From: Mycobacteriales bacterium
GTDB lineage: Bacteria > Actinomycetota > Actinomycetes > JAFAQI01
Direction of reading: 5' to 3'
DNA length: 64,000 nt
NCBI GenBank assembly: GCA_035695045.1
Contig: DASSEX010000085.1
Span: 6,440-70,439, forward strand
The position numbers were made by a program, and so were the translations under genes. Each line of letters begins with the position of its first letter. Position 1 is the first letter of the stretch. The notes beneath the pieces are model-generated. The model worked only from the letters and a program-made list of their open reading frames with translations. It made no database searches and had not been told where the DNA came from. This document shows positions 45,256 through 54,012 of this stretch, in pieces.

Positions 45256-46070
45256 GCCTCAGAGCCTACCGACTCGCCCAGCGTCGCGAACGGGTCCGTC
45301 GCCCGCCGCGCCGGAACGACCGCTCCGACCTGCACGAACCACTCGCGGCCCAGCGCGACGGAGGAGAGCGGCCAAGGGAGCCGCGACAGCAGCCGGACCG
45401 TCCGCACGTCGTCACCGCCCGACGCCTGCGACGCATGCGCGCGGAGCGCCTGCTGCTTGGCCCGGACCCACCGTCGTACGTCGACCTCGTGCGTGATCGC
45501 CTCGGCCGGCGCGAAGGCCTCGCCGAGCAGCGACGGGGTCATGCCACCCGGCCGGATGCCGAGGCGCCGCAGCAGCCGCATGCCGCGCAGCAACGCTGCC
45601 CGGTCGACGGTGGCGGCCAGGACGACGGGCGTGCCCGCCTGTCGCGCCGCGGCAAGGCCGACCTCGCGGACGCGCAGATGGTCACGGTGGCCGTAACCGC
45701 CGTTGTCGTCGTACACGGTCAGGACGTCGGCCGACTCCTCCGCGAGCACCGCGGCGAGCCGGTCGGCGACCTCGGCGACGGGAGCGGCGCAGAGCGAGCC
45801 GCTCGGCGGCTCGGCGGGCTCGCGGAAGCCGGAGTCGCCGTACCCGAGCAGCACGATCCGGGCGACTCCGAGCAGCTCGGCCGCGCGCTCGAGCTCCGCG
45901 ACACGCCGAGAGCCCAGGGACTGCCGTTCGCGGGCCAGGCCGAGCTCGCCGGAAGTGGCCACCACGAGCACGACACGGTGGCCCTCGGCAGCGCAGCGGG
46001 CCAGCGTCCCGCCGGTCAGCAGCGACTCATCATCGGGATGAGCGTGAAAAGCCACTAACGTATAGGGCAC
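45252..46070 (-). CDS. PIG-L/LmbE-family de-N-acetylase
   Basis: AHPDDE motif at the N-terminus (VAFHAHPDDESLL), HRDH motif. GTG start at 46070. Confidence 0.88.
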   Translation of the reverse strand: MPYTLVAFHAHPDDESLLTGGTLARCAAEGHRVVLVVATSGELGLARERQSLGSRRVAELERAAELLGVARIVLLGYGDSGFREPAEPPSGSLCAAPVAEVADRLAAVLAEESADVLTVYDDNGGYGHRDHLRVREVGLAAARQAGTPVVLAATVDRAALLRGMRLLRRLGIRPGGMTPSLLGEAFAPAEAITHEVDVRRWVRAKQQALRAHASQASGGDDVRTVRLLSRLPWPLSSVALGREWFVQVGAVVPARRATDPFATLGESVGSEA

Positions 46071-46148
46071 GGCCGCACCCGTTCGCGGAGGTCCGGCCGA
46101 CGATCACAGCCGTCCCGCCGGGACGGCGGGCGACGACGGTGGGTGTTC

Positions 46149-47279
46149 ATGCGGGTCCTCCATGTGACGGACACCTACCTTCCCAGACGTGGCGGCATCG
46201 AGCTGCACGTCCACGACCTCGCGCAGGCGCAGCGGCGCGCGGGCGACGAGGTAGACGTCCTGACCCTGACCCGGGCCCGCGCGGTCGAGCCGGCGGAGTC
46301 CGCCGGTTCGCTGCTGCGGCCGGCCGACCACGCCGACCTCGTCGACAAGCTGCGTTTCGTGCTGGCGCACCGCCGGCGGGGGAGGACGGCGGGCTACGAC
46401 GTCGTCCACGCCCACTGCTCGACGTTCTCGCCGCTGGTGTTCGCGACGCTCGCGGCGGCCGACGGGCTCCCGACCGCCGTGACGGCGCACTCGCTGTGGC
46501 GGCGCTACACACCTCTATATAGAGCGGGCGACTACGCGGGGCGGTGGAGCACCTGGCCGATCGCGTGGTCGGCGGTGAGCGAGGCAGCGGCCGAGGCCGT
46601 CCGCCGCGCCGCCGCGCGGCCGCTGCAGGTCGACGTGGTGCCCAACGGCATCGACCCGACGGCGTGGCCGCACGTCGAGCGCTCGCCGCAGCCGGGACGG
46701 CTGCGGGTCATCAGCGTGATGCGGCTCGCGCCGCGCAAGCGGCCGCTCGCTCTGCTGCGCATCCTGCACCGGGCCGCGCTCGCGATGCCTCCGGGGACCA
46801 AACTGGAGGCCGTGGTTGTCGGTGACGGCCCGCAGGCCGGCGCGATGCGGCGTTATCTGCGCCGACATGACCTCGAGGACCTCGTCACCCTCGCCGGCCA
46901 CCAGCCGCGCCCGGAGATCGCCCGCCGGCTCGCCGACGCCGACGTGTTCCTCGCCCCCGCGACGCTCGAGTCGTTCGGCATCGCCGCGCTGGAGGCAGCG
47001 GCGACCGGGGTGCCCGTCCTCGGCCGCCGCCGGACCGGGCTCGCCGAGTTCGTCGTCGATGGCGCAGGCGGCCTGCTCGTCGACAGTGACGCCGGCATCG
47101 CGGAGGCCCTCGTCGACGTCGCGGCCGGTCGTCGGCAGCTGGGGCCGGTGCCGCGAGCCGCTGTCGAGCAGATGAGCTGGCCGGCGGTCGTCGAGCGCAC
47201 GCGCGCGCTCTACGAGCGTGCCGGGCTGGGGGAAGTCGCTCCGGTGACCGGCTCGACGCGCAAACGGCGGGCGTCGTGA
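46149..47279 (+). CDS. Family-4 glycosyltransferase
   Basis: MRVLHVTDTYLPRRGGIE N-terminus. ESFGIAALEAAATGVPV matches the EX7E region. Confidence 0.88.
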   Translation: MRVLHVTDTYLPRRGGIELHVHDLAQAQRRAGDEVDVLTLTRARAVEPAESAGSLLRPADHADLVDKLRFVLAHRRRGRTAGYDVVHAHCSTFSPLVFATLAAADGLPTAVTAHSLWRRYTPLYRAGDYAGRWSTWPIAWSAVSEAAAEAVRRAAARPLQVDVVPNGIDPTAWPHVERSPQPGRLRVISVMRLAPRKRPLALLRILHRAALAMPPGTKLEAVVVGDGPQAGAMRRYLRRHDLEDLVTLAGHQPRPEIARRLADADVFLAPATLESFGIAALEAAATGVPVLGRRRTGLAEFVVDGAGGLLVDSDAGIAEALVDVAAGRRQLGPVPRAAVEQMSWPAVVERTRALYERAGLGEVAPVTGSTRKRRAS

Positions 47280-48022
47280 CCGCGGTCGTCGAGCGGCCGG
47301 CACCGGCGGAGGTCAGGCGCCGCCGGGTCATCAGCCGTCGCCTTCCGTGGTGGGCCGAGGCACTGCTCGCCGTCGCCGGCTACGAGATCTACGGCCTGAT
47401 CCAAGGCGACACCGACGGCGCGCGCGCCGAAGCGGTGCAGCACGGCTGGGGGATCATCCATCTCGAGCAGCACCTGCACCTGTGGGTCGAGCCCAGGATC
47501 AACGCCTGGCTTACGCCTCACCATCTGCTGTCCCTCGTGTCGGACTACTACTACGAGCTGTCGCACGCATTCGTGACCGCGGCCGTGCTGGTCTGGCTGT
47601 GGAGGCGGCACGCGGAGCTCTACGCGCGGTGGCGCAACACGCTGCTCGGACTGAGTCTTGCGGCGCTCGCCGTCTTCTGGGCCTACCCGGTCGCACCGCC
47701 GCGGCTGACCGCACCCGGCCTCACCGACGTACTCGTGAAGTACGACGCCCTTGGCGCGGCACACGCGCCGAGCGGCCTCATCGACCTCTACGCGGCGCTG
47801 CCGAGCCTGCACGTCGCCTGGGCCCTGTGGTGTGGGATGGCGGTCGTGGCCGCCGGCCGGACCAGGCGTCGCTGGCTGGCGCTGGCCTACCCCGCGCTGA
47901 CCACGCTCGTCGTCCTGACGACGGCTAACCATTACGTCGTCGACGCGCTCGCTGGCGCCGCCCTGACCATGGGCGCGGTCGCCCTCGCCGGGCTCGTGCG
48001 CCGGCGCCACGCCACACTCTGA
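47276..48022 (+). CDS. PAP2-superfamily membrane protein (PAP2_C / inositolphosphotransferase-like)
   Basis: GTGA overlap with GT4. PSLHVAWALW ... TANHYVVDALAG matches the SxH/HxxxD motifs of PAP2_C. Confidence 0.75.
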   Translation: MTAVVERPAPAEVRRRRVISRRLPWWAEALLAVAGYEIYGLIQGDTDGARAEAVQHGWGIIHLEQHLHLWVEPRINAWLTPHHLLSLVSDYYYELSHAFVTAAVLVWLWRRHAELYARWRNTLLGLSLAALAVFWAYPVAPPRLTAPGLTDVLVKYDALGAAHAPSGLIDLYAALPSLHVAWALWCGMAVVAAGRTRRRWLALAYPALTTLVVLTTANHYVVDALAGAALTMGAVALAGLVRRRHATL

Positions 48023-48110
48023 CTGACCGCTCGGTCACAGACGCCCGGCGGCCCGTAGCGGCTTTCGGGATTTACTGCCTGTAACCGCGCAGGTGGGGGA
48101 GGATCGCGTC

Positions 48111-49772
48111 ATGGCCGCGGGCGGTGGGGGAGCGCGGGCGCGCCGGCTACGCCCAGCAACCGTCATTGCCCTGGTGGTCGCGCTGCTGGCGAGCGCGGGC
48201 GCGGCGTGGGCGGTGCACTCGGCCGTGCGCACGCAGGAGCGCCAGCTGCTGAAGGAGCGCGCCAACGAGCTCAACCTCGTGCTGACCAGCGCGGTCGGCC
48301 CGATCACTGCCGGCCTCGCGTCGCAAGGGGCGCTGCTGTCGGCGACACACGGGTCGCGGACGGCGTACGAGGAGTCGGCCGCGCAGGCGGTTGCCCAGAG
48401 CGCGAAGACGAGCGCGCAGCCGGTGAGCTTCGGATGGCTGCGGCCGCAGCCAGGCGGAGCTGGCTGGGTCGTGGTGGCGGCGAGTGGCACCGAGCTGCAC
48501 CGCGGTCAGGTGATCACCGACAACCGCACGCAGACCTTCCGGCGCGCGTTGCAGACGCCGCTGATGGTCAGCACGCCGGTGACGAAGACCGACCGCCGGC
48601 TGGGCTTCGCGCTCGGACCGCCGTCGTCGCCGCCCGGCACCGTCCTCTATCGGGAGTCGCAGCTCGGCCCGCTGCGGGCCCCGCCGGCCGCCAGCTCCGC
48701 CCCGTTCGCCGAGCTCGATCTCGTCATCTACGCGTCGTCGAAGCCCAACCCCGACACTGCACTCGCCGCGACGACGACACAGATCCCGATGCACGGCGAC
48801 GTGGTGAGGCTGCCGCTCAAGGTCGGAGCCGAGAACTGGCTCGTCGCCAGCAGGGCGAAGCGGCCGCTCGTCGGCGGCTTCGCCCACGCGGCGTGGTGGG
48901 TCGTGTTGCTCATCGCGCTGCTGGCGTCGCTGGCGGTCGCGGCGACGATCGAAGCGGCCGCCCGTCGGCGTGACTACGCGCTGGCGCTCTATGCCAGCGA
49001 GCACGAGGTCGCCGAGACGCTCCAGCGCAGCCTGCTGCCGGCACTGCCCCGGTTGCGCGGCCTGCAGGTCGCGGCCCGCTACATCGCGGGTGGCTTGGGG
49101 CAGGAGGTCGGCGGCGACTGGTACGACGCCTTTCCCGTCGATGGCGGCCGGGTCGGCATCGCCGTCGGCGACGTCATCGGCCACGACCTTGCCGCCGCCA
49201 GCGCGATGGCGCAGATCCGCGCGGTGCTGCGGGCCTATGCCGTGGACGGCGAGGCTCCCGCCGCGGTCATCAACCGGCTGGACCATCTCATCGATGCGCT
49301 CGGCCTGACCCAGCTCGTCACCGTCATCTACGGGCTGCTCGAGCCGCCGGCCGCCGATGGCAGCCGGCGCTTCACCTACGCCAACGCCGGCCATCTGGCG
49401 CCGCTCGTTCGTGAGCCCGATGGCACCGTCCACGCCCTCGCCGGCGGTGAGTCCGTGGTCATCGGGGCTCCGATCGACGTCGAACACGCGCAGGTCGAGC
49501 AGACGCTCGCGGCGGGCGCGACTCTCGTGCTCTTCACCGACGGGCTGGTGGAGGTGCCGGGCCGGCCACTGGACGACACGATCCAGGAGCTCGTCGAGAT
49601 CGTCGCAGGCGCCGGCGTCGACGAGTCGCTCGACGAGGTGTGTGATCGCATCCTGGCGACGACGGACGAGCGCGCGCTGCGCGACGACATCGCCCTGCTC
49701 ACGATCAGATTGGCGCCCAACGAAGCCGCCGTCGTCGAGCCGTCACGAGCCAGTGTGATCGACGTCAGCTGA
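48111..49772 (+). CDS. Membrane sensor PP2C (SpoIIE-type) phosphatase
   Basis: TM, periplasmic domain, TM, then LQRSLLP...GGDWYDAF...GDVIGHD...FTDGLVE. RBS GGGGGAGGA precedes ATG 48111. Confidence 0.85.
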   Translation: MAAGGGGARARRLRPATVIALVVALLASAGAAWAVHSAVRTQERQLLKERANELNLVLTSAVGPITAGLASQGALLSATHGSRTAYEESAAQAVAQSAKTSAQPVSFGWLRPQPGGAGWVVVAASGTELHRGQVITDNRTQTFRRALQTPLMVSTPVTKTDRRLGFALGPPSSPPGTVLYRESQLGPLRAPPAASSAPFAELDLVIYASSKPNPDTALAATTTQIPMHGDVVRLPLKVGAENWLVASRAKRPLVGGFAHAAWWVVLLIALLASLAVAATIEAAARRRDYALALYASEHEVAETLQRSLLPALPRLRGLQVAARYIAGGLGQEVGGDWYDAFPVDGGRVGIAVGDVIGHDLAAASAMAQIRAVLRAYAVDGEAPAAVINRLDHLIDALGLTQLVTVIYGLLEPPAADGSRRFTYANAGHLAPLVREPDGTVHALAGGESVVIGAPIDVEHAQVEQTLAAGATLVLFTDGLVEVPGRPLDDTIQELVEIVAGAGVDESLDEVCDRILATTDERALRDDIALLTIRLAPNEAAVVEPSRASVIDVS

Positions 49773-49789
49773 AATGGGACGATGAGCGG

Positions 49790-52009
49790 GTGAGCGGCGG
49801 AGCAACCCGCACGCCCAACGGTAACGGGCATGCGTCGACGACAAACGGCGCACGTGCCTGTCTCGATCTGGGTGACCGGCCCGATGCGGCGCGCGCGGGC
49901 AGGCACTTCGTGGAGGAGCAGGTTCGTCAGCGGCTCGCCGACCACCTGCTCGACGACGCTGCCCTCGTGGCTGCCGAGCTGCTTGCCAATGCCCGGCAGC
50001 ACGGCGCGTCGCCGGTCGTCGTCTGTGTCAGCGGCGCCGGCACCCGGCTGCGGATCGAGGTGCGCGATGCAAGCCCGCGCAGCCCGGTCCGCCCGTCGCC
50101 CAGCCTGACCAACATGACCGGCCGAGGTCTCAGCCTCGTCGAGGCGGTGACGTCGCGATGGGGCGTGGAGCGCGACCCGTCGGGCGGCAAGGTCGTCTGG
50201 GCGGAGTTCGATGCCGGCCTCGAGTCGGGCGAGGCAACGGCCGACGACGACCTCGATGCCATCCTCGCCGCCTGGGGCGACGACGAGCCCGACGCCGGCG
50301 AGCAGCGGTTCGAGGTCGTCCTCGGCGACGTACCGACCGATCTGCTGCTCGAGGCGAAGGCACACATCGACAACCTCGTCCGTGAGTTCAGCCTGGCCGG
50401 AGCCGCCGGCGATGGGCCGGCGGCGGAGCTGCCTGACCACCTCGTTCGGCTGATCACGACAGTCGTGCACGGCTTCAGCGACGCGCGCGACGCGATCAAG
50501 CGGCAGGCGCTTGCGGCCGCTCGTGACGGCGCCGTCCGGACCCGGCTCGTGCTCAGCCTGCCGCTGTCGGCAGCGGACGCAGGCGAGGCCTACCTCGCGG
50601 CGCTCGACGACGCCGATGAGTACTCACGAGCCGCGCGGTTGCTGACGCTGGAGACGCCGCCGGACCACCGGCTGTTCCGACGGTGGTACGTGAACGCGGT
50701 CGTGCAGCAGCTGCGTCAGGTGGCGGCCGGCCACCGGCCGCAGCCGGTCACGCCTTTCGAGGACCACCTGGTCGGCGAGATACGTCGGCTGTCGGTGCTC
50801 CAGCGGGTGAGCGAACGAGCAGCGCGGCTGCAGCGCGTCACCGCGGCGCTGGCCCGCGCGCGCACCCCCGAAGACGTGGCTGCCGTCGTCGTCTCCGAAG
50901 GCGTCGAGGCGATGGGCGCCTCCGGCGGTGGCCTCCTCGTGCCGGCAGGTGACGGCGAGCACGTGGCCGTTCCCGGTGTCGTCGGCTATGACAGAGAGCT
51001 CGTCGAATCGCTGCGCGAAGAGCGGCTGGACGCGCCGTTGCCGGCCGCCACGGCGCTGCGCACCGGCGCATCGGTCTGGCTGGAGTCGCAGGAGGACCGC
51101 GACCGTCAGTTCCCCGCGCTGCGCGGCTTCGAGTCGGCGACGGTGTCGATGTGCGCGGTTCCGTTGCTCGCGGCCGGCCGCACCATCGGTGCGCTGCGCT
51201 TCAGCTTCACCGGCCGCAAGCTGTTCGACCAGAACGAGCGCGAGTTCGTCGAGGCGCTCGCCGCCTTGACAGCCCAGACGCTTCAACGGACCGAGACCTA
51301 CCAGGCCGAGCGTGAGGACTCCCTGGCGCTGCAGCGGGCGCTGCTCCCCAGTGAGGGCATCGCGATCAACGGCTGGGACATCGCGACCTACTACAGCCCC
51401 GCCGGCGATGAGGAGGCCGGCGGTGACTTCTACGACGTCCTGCCGGTCGGACGTGGTCGGATCGCCGCGGTCGTCGGTGACGTGATGGGCCGGGGCGTCG
51501 AGGCGGCGGCGGCGATGGCGCAGATCCGGTCCACGATCCGCGCCTACGCCGTGGACGATGCGGACCCCGTCAGCATCTTCACCCGCGTCGACCACTTCTT
51601 CGATGTCCTCAACCTCTCGCAGCTCGTCACCGCGCTCTACTTCCTCGCCGACGAGAGCAGCGACCTCGTTCACGTCGCGAGCGCCGGGCATCTCCGTCCG
51701 CTGCTCATCGACGAGCGCGGCAGCCGCCTGGTCGAGACGGCCGGCGGGACACCCTTCGGTGTCGGCGGCTTCCCGCGGGAGCTCGTGACCTTCGAGCTGC
51801 CCCGCGGCTCGGCTCTGGTTGCCGTCACCGACGGTCTCGTCGAGCGACGTGGCGAGGACATCGATGAGGGCGTGCAGCGGCTCATCGACGCGACGGCGGG
51901 TGCGGCCACCTGGTCGGCGCAGCAGATCCTCGACCACGTCGTCGCCAGGGCCGCCGCCGAGCGCACCCACGACGACGATGTGACCGTGCTGGTTCTCCGG
52001 CGCCACTGA
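49790..52009 (+). CDS. RsbW-like HATPase + GAF + PP2C (SpoIIE) phosphatase fusion
   Basis: N-terminal ELLANARQHG...GRGLSLVEAV (anti-sigma-kinase-like ATPase), a central GAF, and a C-terminal LQRALLP...GGDFYDV...GDVMGRG...VTDGLVE. Confidence 0.85.
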   Translation: MSGGATRTPNGNGHASTTNGARACLDLGDRPDAARAGRHFVEEQVRQRLADHLLDDAALVAAELLANARQHGASPVVVCVSGAGTRLRIEVRDASPRSPVRPSPSLTNMTGRGLSLVEAVTSRWGVERDPSGGKVVWAEFDAGLESGEATADDDLDAILAAWGDDEPDAGEQRFEVVLGDVPTDLLLEAKAHIDNLVREFSLAGAAGDGPAAELPDHLVRLITTVVHGFSDARDAIKRQALAAARDGAVRTRLVLSLPLSAADAGEAYLAALDDADEYSRAARLLTLETPPDHRLFRRWYVNAVVQQLRQVAAGHRPQPVTPFEDHLVGEIRRLSVLQRVSERAARLQRVTAALARARTPEDVAAVVVSEGVEAMGASGGGLLVPAGDGEHVAVPGVVGYDRELVESLREERLDAPLPAATALRTGASVWLESQEDRDRQFPALRGFESATVSMCAVPLLAAGRTIGALRFSFTGRKLFDQNEREFVEALAALTAQTLQRTETYQAEREDSLALQRALLPSEGIAINGWDIATYYSPAGDEEAGGDFYDVLPVGRGRIAAVVGDVMGRGVEAAAAMAQIRSTIRAYAVDDADPVSIFTRVDHFFDVLNLSQLVTALYFLADESSDLVHVASAGHLRPLLIDERGSRLVETAGGTPFGVGGFPRELVTFELPRGSALVAVTDGLVERRGEDIDEGVQRLIDATAGAATWSAQQILDHVVARAAAERTHDDDVTVLVLRRH

Positions 52010-52027
52010 CATCCGGGCGCAGGCGGT

Positions 52028-53989
52028 CTAGAGCTCGATCTGCGTGCCCATCACGACCGTGCGTTCGGCCGGCAGGGCGAAGTAGTCAGCGGGGTTCGCC
52101 GCGTTCTGCGCCAGGGTGATGAACAGCATCTTCCGCCACCGGGACATCTCCTTGCCGGACCCGCGCTGGATGGTGGCGCGGGAGAGGAAGTACGACGCAT
52201 TGCTCGTGTCGACGTCGACCTCGCCGCCTTCGGCGCTCGCGTCGCGCAGCGCCCGCGGGATGTTCGGGGTGTCCGAGAACCCATAGCTGAGCGTGAGGTG
52301 AGCGATCCCGTCGTCGTCGTAGCCGAGGTTGTCGACGGTGAGCCGCCGCCCCGCGGGCACGTGGGGGATGTTCTCGGCGACGGCGGAGACGATCACGACG
52401 TGCTCGTGCAGGATCTTGTTGTGCTCGACGTTGGCGCGCAGCGCGAGCGGCGTCGTCTCCTTGCCGGCATGAGGGAAGATCGCCGTGCCGGAGACGCGGT
52501 GCACGGGATGCTTGCGCAGCTCCTCGACGAAGTCGCGCAGCCGGCCCTCCTGCTCCCTGCGTCGCTCGGTGGCGACGATCCGGCCGCGTTGCCACGTCGA
52601 CATCGTCGTGAAGACGAGCGTCGCGATGACCAGCGGCAGCCAGCCGCCGCGGACGACCTTCGTCAGGTTGGCGGTGAAGAAGGTCAGCTCGACGGCCCCG
52701 AACGCGATCGCGACCAGCGCCAGGCGCCACGCCCGCCAGTGCCACAGCGAGCGGGCCACAACCATGAGCAGGATCGTGTCGACGAGCAAGGCGCCCGTGA
52801 CGGCCACGCCGTAGGCGGTGGCCAGCCGTTCGGACGACCGGAAGCCCAGAGCCAGGGCGAGCACGCCGAGGAACAACGCGGCGTTGACCAGTGGCAGGTA
52901 GATCTGGCCGGCCTCCTCCTCCGACGTCTGCCGGACCCGAAGCGGGGGAAGCAGCCCGAGCTGCCCGGCTTGGCGCGAGACCGAGAACGCGCCGGAGATC
53001 ACAGCCTGTGACGCGATGACCGTCGCCGCCGTCGCGAGCACGACCATCGGCACCCGCGCCCAGTGCGGGAGCAGGAGGAAGAACGGGTTGGCCCGCGCGT
53101 CAGGGTGCCGGAGGAGCAGCGCGCCCTGGCCGAGGTAGTTGATGATCAGCGCCGGGAACACGACCGCGAACCAGGCGCGACGGATCGGCGGTCGGCCGAA
53201 GTGCCCCATGTCGGCGTACAGCGCCTCTGCGCCGGTGATGGCGAGGACGATCGCGCCCATCGCGATGAAGGTCAGGCCGGGGTGCGCGAAGACGAACGCC
53301 ACGGCGTAGGTCGGTGACAAGGCGCGCAGTGTCGACGGCTGCTTCACGATCTCCTGGCCGCCGGCGACGGCGAGCGTGGCGAACCACGCGAACATCACCG
53401 GCCCGAAGAGCGCACCGACGCGGCGCGTCCCGTAGCGCTGTACGGCAAACAGCAAGGTGAGGATGACGACGGCAATCGGCAGCACGAGGTGCGAGAGCCC
53501 CGGCGTCGCGACCTTCAGGCCCTCGACCGCCGAGAGGACCGAGATGGCCGGCGTGATGACGGAGTCGCCGTAGAACAGAGACGCACCGACGATGCCGAGC
53601 ACCAGCGCAATCCGTACGCCGTGCTTGCGGTCGCGAAGCAGCCGTCCGGCCAGCGCGGTCAGCGCCATCACGCCGCCCTCACCGTCGTTGTCGGCGCGCA
53701 TGATGACGACGACGTACTTCAACGTGACGATCAGCGTCACCGACCAGAAAAGCAGCGAGATGACGCCGTAGACGTCGTCCGGCGCCGCCTGGATGCTTCC
53801 GCGGTCGAGGGCGAAGACCGTCTTCAGCGCATAGAGCGGGCTGGTGCCGATGTCGCCGAAGACGATGCCCAGCGCGGCGAGTGTGGTCGCGACCCTGCCG
53901 ACGTCCTTGGCCGTCGCCGAGCGCCGCGGCCGCGCTCGCTCGGCGGCCGCGTTGGCGCCGGGGTCGCCGACGACGTGGTAGGTGGGCAC
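52028..53989 (-). CDS. kup: KUP-family potassium uptake transporter
   Basis: GIVFGDIGTSPLYAL signature and 12 TM-like segments. GTG 53989 is preceded by GGGAGAAGGAAGAG. The track ORF (760 aa) has a junk extension. Confidence 0.92.
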   Translation of the reverse strand: MPTYHVVGDPGANAAAERARPRRSATAKDVGRVATTLAALGIVFGDIGTSPLYALKTVFALDRGSIQAAPDDVYGVISLLFWSVTLIVTLKYVVVIMRADNDGEGGVMALTALAGRLLRDRKHGVRIALVLGIVGASLFYGDSVITPAISVLSAVEGLKVATPGLSHLVLPIAVVILTLLFAVQRYGTRRVGALFGPVMFAWFATLAVAGGQEIVKQPSTLRALSPTYAVAFVFAHPGLTFIAMGAIVLAITGAEALYADMGHFGRPPIRRAWFAVVFPALIINYLGQGALLLRHPDARANPFFLLLPHWARVPMVVLATAATVIASQAVISGAFSVSRQAGQLGLLPPLRVRQTSEEEAGQIYLPLVNAALFLGVLALALGFRSSERLATAYGVAVTGALLVDTILLMVVARSLWHWRAWRLALVAIAFGAVELTFFTANLTKVVRGGWLPLVIATLVFTTMSTWQRGRIVATERRREQEGRLRDFVEELRKHPVHRVSGTAIFPHAGKETTPLALRANVEHNKILHEHVVIVSAVAENIPHVPAGRRLTVDNLGYDDDGIAHLTLSYGFSDTPNIPRALRDASAEGGEVDVDTSNASYFLSRATIQRGSGKEMSRWRKMLFITLAQNAANPADYFALPAERTVVMGTQIEL

Positions 53990-54012
53990 GCAGCTCTTCC
54001 TTCTCCCGCGGC

